Part shown: piece after piece, positions 59,801 through 64,000 of the stretch
Layout of the letters: each line of letters starts with the position of its first letter
How positions within the stretch are numbered: position 1 is the stretch's first letter
DNA from: Schizochytrium sp. TIO01
Lineage: Eukaryota; Protista; Bigyra: Labyrinthulomycetes
Direction: 5' to 3'
DNA length: 64,000 nt
Assembly (NCBI GenBank): GCA_004764695.1
Contig: SMSO01000031.1
Coordinates: forward strand, 9,220,761-9,284,760
Position numbers and translations under genes: made by a program
The notes under the pieces: generated by a model
Database searches by the model: none
Told to the model about the DNA's origin: nothing
Seen by the model: only the letters and a program-made list of their open reading frames with translations

Positions 59801-60527
59801 GCCTCTCCCGCCTCCTGGCCAGGGAGAAGGGCGCGCTCGAAAGGAACGTTATAACTCTGGTACAACTGAAATCTTTCTTTCTCCGATCAGCTCATCATCT
59901 GAAACCAGAACTTCATCTACTGGTCATCGCTCAGACGAAGACGATCTCATGAGTCTGCATAAGAATAAGTCACTTAAAAAGGTAAAGCTCGAGGCGATGG
60001 CGATCGGCAATGTAGTATCCCAGCCAATTACATGCACAGAAGACCTTTTGCGCGAAGCAGGTCTAGAGGAACACATTGAGGAGTTTCAAAACGAAGATAT
60101 GGATCTTGAAGCAACAACATATGCTACCGAAGGCCAATTGCGTGACTTGGGTTTGTCAGTCGGTGAAGCTGCTCGACTTCGTCATATCACTCGTACATTG
60201 CAAAGGAAACTTGCAATGCCCGATCGATCGTCAACGGGCTCAAGCAGCGCTCGACTTTCGAACAAAAGTAATACTCAAAGCCAGTTACGCGGGGTGTTAA
60301 AGAAGCCACATCCAGAAGCCTACTCCGTGCTAGATAGACAAACACAATTCAATGTTGGCGACAGAGTTGCTGTAGAACGAACTGGAACCCGTACAGTTGT
60401 AGGGAAAGTTATTGAGGTAAAAGATACTGGGCATGCGACGCGAGAGCCACGATATGTTGTAGAGATCCAACAGGGTTCTGGTTCAAGAACGCAAATTGTA
60501 CGTGAGCCAGAGCTTCGCCGACGCTAA
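53802..60527 (+). CDS. Giant single-pass surface receptor/adhesin: LRR cap, 11 PAN/apple domains with Thr/Pro linkers, second LRR, phytocyanin-like domain, TM, SAM and Tudor/SH3-like tail
   Basis: 2241-aa ORF; the true start may be the ATG at 54084 or 54150, before the signal-like VSVITIITVILLFWHPGAICA. Repeated C-x-x-EG..SCQALC..CLYF..GQCEL..GPRTC PAN units. TM WIWLIIIILLVVLCGL. SAM-like DLLREAGLEEHIEEFQNEDMD..LRDLGLSVGEAARL. Tail FNVGDRVAVER..YVVEI. Confidence 0.88.
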   Translation: MVQGNTTQKHLWDPSLLGCGTEVTPAQQYVARNCALRSRLAARVHIESVQRQQVCESIRNTTLWKRSGGTQRLPQHRSPQSPDLITCSSGGNVLMSSSLSFLQSTLSRVGQNKLIQMQIQSNKDPWEQQQQQHSSLLRRPCEETNSYSNRSSNHHKRRPHYARVSVITIITVILLFWHPGAICAFTNEGDQRAYANFVLHMSAGGETGMYFNYCSDQNTVNDPCSCNINGRQIVCNEEGRIQEIHLPENSLYGNLSPDILNMFTQLHALNLSSLTTNSAHRNLLKVSSAEVNCTNLSKCLDGSWTCDFSGSDLRMCSTKSSSSNLPQNKTKASFECAYDGYLITESTNGGEMPLNIKDVASAQHCWNLCTKYSFCLFFSFSPYGNTAGTCLLHSRLGDIQSNSKWLSGSKTCDDIFFSRSTSSIPASKSADQAISAATPTRRAVQALDDCYTEGYRYVRTGSQPIATETTDPDVASCQNVCLTNSDCLYFAIKVSGNSNAGQCELFSDISAGVTEASNWDLGPRSCSSSTPTSTPTDVPTTAASPTKEPTTSPTESCFTEGFRFERTDAQPFLTETTDPDADSCQALCETNDSCLYFAVKVSGNSNEGQCELYSDISAGTVEASNWVLGPRTCAGTTASPTVSPTPYPSIAISAPTTGTVAPTSDSASSPTIAPTSSPTECFTEGFRFERTDAQPFLTETTDPDADSCQALCETNDSCLYFAVKVSGNSNEGQCELYSDISAGTVEASNWVLGPRTCAGTTASPTVSPTPYPSIATSAPTTGTVAPTSDSASSPTIAPTSSPTECITEGFRFERTDAQPFLTETTDPDADSCQALCETNDSCLYFAVKVSGNSNEGQCELYSDISAGTVEASNWVLGPRTCAGTTASPTVSPTPYPSIAISAPTTGTVAPTSDSASSPTIAPTSSPTECITEGFRFERTDAQPFLTETTDPDADSCQALCETNDSCLYFAVKVSGNSNEGQCELYSDISAGTVEASNWVLGPRTCAGTTASPTVSPTPYPSIATSAPTTSTVAPTSDSASSPTIAPTSSPTECITEGFRFERTDTQPIDTETTDPDADSCQALCETNDSCLYFAVKVSGNSNEGQCELYSDISAGTVEASNWVLGVRECASTTIPSSIPTQAPTLSPTAGENTTRSPSVTMSPTTPSPTALPTECYTDGYRFERTDTQPIDTETTSPDADSCQALCQSNANCLYFAVKVSGNSNEGQCELYSDISAGTVEASNWVLGVRECASTTIPSSIPTQAPTLSPTAGEDTTRSPSVTMSPTTPSPTASPTECYTDGYRFERTDTQPIDTETTSPDAESCQALCQSNTNCLYFAVKVSGNSNDGQCELYSDISSGLTSASNWVYGPRTCGTSAPTSGSPSSTPTQTPTSGPTRAPSAAPTLCIIEGYRLERTDTQPFTTTTTDPTASACQSECVSVDGCIYFAVKVSGDSNTGQCELYSDISAGIVEAPNWVYGLGECGGPTATPTSSPTTCFFTDMTYTGEVIEELTSIASSTECQDECVTVDECYYFTFKYQGDNNGTCILLSAVNVTLTGEDNYESGPKVCGMSLAPTLAPTNRPVTSTAPTPTQTPTVSTTNPTSSPTSAPVTLSSDQSEAWTNMYDDLSGSNWVACTSDENPCNDPSCSTSSGNIQRYVSCSVQEDQRRLIRRSRRFLQSSSSPSSITAIVLPLNGMEGLLTKDTLDAWTSLEVLNLTGNDITGDGPNDCIDAQLCYESGVVCDVPSLCGEMYSVNSDGSSEWTPVNSTSDSYSTLDVSTGESVLFEFSNSSNVVRLASLDAYESCNFTDSTLLAGSSEGSYRFVADQEDEGKTVYITSSLPVGSHANCKNGQRIAIRVASVSTSAPTTSGGDTSDDSSKANGSGINWIWLIIIILLVVLCGLPCVILSTILCMGRFCPGSLPGCIQAPLDRCLLGSRSNSLGRKNFDSMLPYTSSEASTASPSGAGGSISLSPISTGSHQRAQQIKESEDDRLDNGSAFSPLPPPGQGEGRARKERYNSGTTEIFLSPISSSSETRTSSTGHRSDEDDLMSLHKNKSLKKVKLEAMAIGNVVSQPITCTEDLLREAGLEEHIEEFQNEDMDLEATTYATEGQLRDLGLSVGEAARLRHITRTLQRKLAMPDRSSTGSSSARLSNKSNTQSQLRGVLKKPHPEAYSVLDRQTQFNVGDRVAVERTGTRTVVGKVIEVKDTGHATREPRYVVEIQQGSGSRTQIVREPELRRR
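55470..57830 (+). repeat. Near-identical coding tandem array: 372-bp units (55470, 55842, 56214, 56586, 56958) then 366-bp units (57324, 57690)
   Basis: Unit starts are spaced exactly 372 and then 366 bp. The 372-bp copies differ by only a few substitutions. Confidence 0.95.
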
Positions 60528-61032
60528 AAATGCCCTCATTATCTTCCCGGAAACCTCGTGCAAAATTGCATCCCACTTATTGGAGATTTTTGTTAAATGT
60601 TGAATCACTCTTTGTCTTTTGATTTATTATACCATCTTGAATATGAACAAGCTCTAACAATTGAATTTCTTCGCAAGCATATTGGACCGAAAGGTATCAA
60701 GTGGTGTTCATAAAGTTAAATTTCATTAATAATATAAATGTGTTTACAAGGTGCCCAGTTATTTTTATAATCTTTGTTGTTGTGTCCTAAATCTCATGTT
60801 AGCATGGTTTTCAAGATTTCTATCATGTATTGGAATAAAAGAGAAATGGAGGGAAATATAATTTAAAACTTTGAGTGTTGCGCTCGATAATATTTTCCCA
60901 AAACGCTATCATTTGCCTTCGAAGCTAGGCTGGCTGAATATTTCTTCGCTTGCACTTTTCATAAGTGTTAAAACGAGTCATTCTCTTAATACCTCGAAGA
61001 TCAATCTGAAAACCTCCATACAGGTAAACAGA

Positions 61033-61878
61033 CTAAGCTTTATGCAGTGAGCCATTCGTGGAAGGGACAGAAGACGTACGAGCAAGGATATCTGCTACAC
61101 GGTCAACATTGGTGAAAAGAAAAAAGTGGCCACCTTCAGGAAAAAAATCGACACCAAGCCATGATATCTCAGGAGAGGCTAGTAAAGATTGCCAAGGCTC
61201 TACCTCGGATGGCTGCAAATCATCTCCGTGTAAAACTTGGAGTGTAACGCTAGAATCAAATTTGGGAAGGGTACGGTTGTCTAGTCTGAAGGTCCCCAAG
61301 AGTTCGTAGTCTGCTCGCAAAGGCGGTATTATGAGTGCGCGAAACGAAGGATGGCTAAGAACCTCCTTTGGTGTACCCCCTTTTGCAGAAATGTAATCGA
61401 GAAAGGCGGCATCACTCATGTCATGTACTTTGGGGAGGTTCTCTGCCATGTTCTGAGGTGCGCGAGCCGCTGCCATAACAAGTTTAATGGGTGCTACGGT
61501 AAAATCTCCAAGGCTCTCAAGAACTTGCCATGCTACCTGGCAGCCCAAAGAGTACCCAAAAAATACAATTGAAGATGGTGCACGCCGTTGCTGGGCAAAG
61601 TGGCCCCTCAGAACTTGGGCTACCTGAGGAATTAGCTCTTGAAAACTACGAAAAGCGGGTTCAGAAGCTCTGGCTAAACGTCCAGGTAAAGACACACCCA
61701 ATGTTGCTGCACCACGTTTTGCGAGTGCTTTGGCAAGTGAACGAACTGCTGGATGAGCAAGGTTGCCTCCAGCCCAAGGGAACACAATCACAACAGGCTC
61801 TCCGGTGGCATCTTTTCCCCCATTTTCGCACGCAGGAACGCGAGCCAGCACCTCGAGACGGACTCGTTGATCTCCCAT
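61033..61878 (-). CDS. Stand-alone type II thioesterase (GrsT/RifR/OLAH-like)
   Basis: FPWAGG, LPGR-x-x-R-x-x-EP, FFGYSLG nucleophile, GGTP-x-EVL, PPLRADYELL and GGHFFL histidine motif. Confidence 0.9.
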   Translation of the reverse strand: MGDQRVRLEVLARVPACENGGKDATGEPVVIVFPWAGGNLAHPAVRSLAKALAKRGAATLGVSLPGRLARASEPAFRSFQELIPQVAQVLRGHFAQQRRAPSSIVFFGYSLGCQVAWQVLESLGDFTVAPIKLVMAAARAPQNMAENLPKVHDMSDAAFLDYISAKGGTPKEVLSHPSFRALIIPPLRADYELLGTFRLDNRTLPKFDSSVTLQVLHGDDLQPSEVEPWQSLLASPEISWLGVDFFPEGGHFFLFTNVDRVADILARTSSVPSTNGSLHKA

Positions 61879-62010
61879 GAAGACGTGCAGTTTACAGTCA
61901 CTGTATTGCCTTCGCCCGTCTGCAATGTCAACTTAGTAAACTTGTAGGTATAATGCTTTACTAATGGGCCTAGAAAGCGGATGAAGTATCACCTACATCC
62001 TAGTACCTAC

Positions 62011-62140
62011 TAATACAAATTCGCACACCACACTTAGGATTTAACCAATAAAATTTGCAAAACTTGCATTTCTAATAGTGACATGGGCTAAGGCCCAATC
62101 GCGGGTTGAAAACTAACCCGCGACTCAAAGATAATTCTTA
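62011..62140 (-). ncRNA. Putative omegaRNA (Fanzor2 guide-RNA scaffold plus flank-derived guide) at the right end of copy C
   Basis: Between the Fanzor stop and the conserved end lie a perfect 9-bp stem (62099-62107 / 62115-62123), a UGGGC/GCCCA hairpin (62084-62097) and a UGCAA/UUGCA hairpin (62056-62068). Homology among the three copies stops at CTAAGTG. Confidence 0.6.
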
Positions 62141-62965
62141 AATCATATTCTAAGATAGGTAGCGCAAAAGGATGCCTCTCGGCGGCGTGATATCATGACC
62201 GGCTACGTGTTTGCATTTGAGGTTTATGAAAACCTTGGGTAATACCACATTCATTGTATCATTTTGAGAAATATAATTTTCTCGGCAAATAACATGTTTA
62301 CACTAAATAAAAAGCTCGGTTTTCTGAAAGAGCACTTGACGAAAGCTAAAATGACCCCAATGAGATATTATTCGAACCGTCTTGCATTTGATCCATCTTG
62401 ACCATTCTGGAGGTTTCAAATTTATATAACCTTCGTTTTCACCAAAAAGCCAAAGTGCAAGCTTGCGGTGAACCTCAAAAATCCAGTAAGGGGCGCAAGC
62501 CTGGCCTTTTGAAGTTGACTACTCCACAGATGTCTTTGTATACAGCTGTGGCATTTGGATAGTCTCGCTGGAGGCCACCAATCTAGCATTTGAGATTATC
62601 TTTTTGCTTGGCGGAGGGCACTCTGGCGTAAACAATGCTACGGTTAGTGGTACGTTGCTCGCCGGAACCGGAATGCAGCCATAGGTACGCTCAACGTTGT
62701 CAGATGTATATGTGCAGTTGCCTCCGGAGAAGAGCCCGAAGAGTACTTGCTGAGACGCTAAACTTCCGGTTGAAGTACTTTGATAATTTGAATTGAAGGT
62801 TTGCTTCACTTGTAGTGTTTGGAGCTTGATGGTTCCTTGGTCATGTCATATTCTTACCTAGCCTCCACTTCTTAAATAGTTATAAAGTATCATTTATATG
62901 GCTGTGAAATATAAAGTACCTTTTATTAGTAGGCTTTATAATAAGCACAGTCTTACTTTTCATTC
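62031..62965 (-). mobile_element. IS607-family/Fanzor2 non-autonomous element, copy C
   Basis: Minus strand reads KFSVSASTLR (HTH) and SIVYARVPSAKQKDNLKC*IGGLQRDYPNATAVYKDICGVVNFKRPGLRPLLD (TnpA). This is fused to EVHRKLALWL..FETSRMV..IKCKTVRIISHWGHFSFRQVLFQK..VICRENYIS..CKHV..RGILLRYLS (Fanzor2). Ends ggttaaatcctaagtg. Confidence 0.88.
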
Positions 62966-64000
62966 ATCCCTTAGTCATTGCAAGTATGTTAGTATTTGTG
63001 TTAGACAGTAGCGCAAATTAACATGCAGAGACGCAGAAGTGGTCACCTTGCTTTCCTTTTCACTTGGGCATTACTACTTCCACTATCCGAAACGAAAGAA
63101 TTAGTGGCAAACATAAAACAAAAGCCAAGCAAGAACTGAGCGCATCCAAAAAAGCAATATTTTCTTTTTTTAATTTGAAAAAGGAGGGAAAGGAAAACCA
63201 TGTCGACCTCAATGTAAGACGTGAGACGTGTAGATATTGAGGTTCTGCTGAAAAAAATGCACATTTCTATGGTTCTAACTTAAGGATGCTACCATGGTAT
63301 ATTCAAGCATGCATTTAAACAATATACTATTTCAGAGACAGGCAATGACCTAATATGCAATCTCCTACCTAGTCAGAGGTTTCCTAATTCGAGTCAGTCA
63401 TTCTACTTGGGTAAAAACTCAATTTAATGGATATCACACAAGTTGGAAGGCACCATGGGATGACAGCGAGTAAAATGTGCGATATTGTCATTGTCGTAAG
63501 ACCTGACCAGAAAAGTAATCATAGATAGTCAGGGCGTTCGTTTTGCTACCTAGAAGATATCGGCATTCCTCCTCAAAGTTGCTCAGCAGATCAACGTCTA
63601 GGTACTACTTTTATACAACTCTAATACATCCAGTAGATAAGTTTATACGTAGTGGGAAGGGGTTCAACAAACAGACTTGTTCATATGCTGAGGAAAAGAC
63701 GCAAAGTATGCATTCTCCTGAATTGTTTGACGAACGGCACTGTCGAATGTCACCAGAACAACCAAAACATTCCAATTCTATTGAGCCACCTTATGTAGTG
63801 TTGATTAGAACCAATGCCTACCACCTTAATCGCTATTAAGAAATGTAAATAACAACGCGAAATGCAATCTTTGAGCCACTATAATGCAATTGTGTCAATT
63901 GGATTAATAGGATAAAATTTGCGAAAGCCAATGCATAGTGAAGGCTCTGTGCTGTACACACTCTTATAGTAGTTGTGATATGAGATTCTTCAGATTCTGG

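Noticed and set aside
63895-63940. Possible extra Fanzor right-end fragment (minus strand cgcaaattttatcctattaatcc)
   Set aside because: Only about 12 bp of AT-rich identity, and the CTAAGTG end is absent.

Overview
Eukaryotic, intron-poor window with AT-rich, microsatellite-rich intergenic DNA. It is most consistent with a thraustochytrid or other labyrinthulomycete stramenopile; this is inferred from gene style, not proven. Nine convincing protein genes are present: a CCT-domain regulator, a Pro/Gly-rich WW+SH3 adaptor, a bacterial-type MgtA P3B ATPase, an alpha/beta hydrolase, an ATRX/ARIP4-like SNF2 ATPase, an SGT1/HPAT-like glycosyltransferase, a folate-receptor-family protein, a 2,241-aa PAN-repeat receptor with a SAM tail, and a type II thioesterase. 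Two non-coding systems are missed by the ORF track. (1) A TPP riboswitch aptamer lies in the 3' UTR of the folate-receptor-like gene (about 50136-50207). (2) Three decayed copies of one IS607-type element (about 19422-20135, 51161-52093 and 62031-62965), plus a left-end fragment, carry serine-recombinase TnpA and Fanzor2/TnpB remnants. All three share the same internal deletion and a conserved right end with omegaRNA-like hairpins, followed by different flanks that are candidate guides. All domain calls come from motif recognition by eye; no database search was run.
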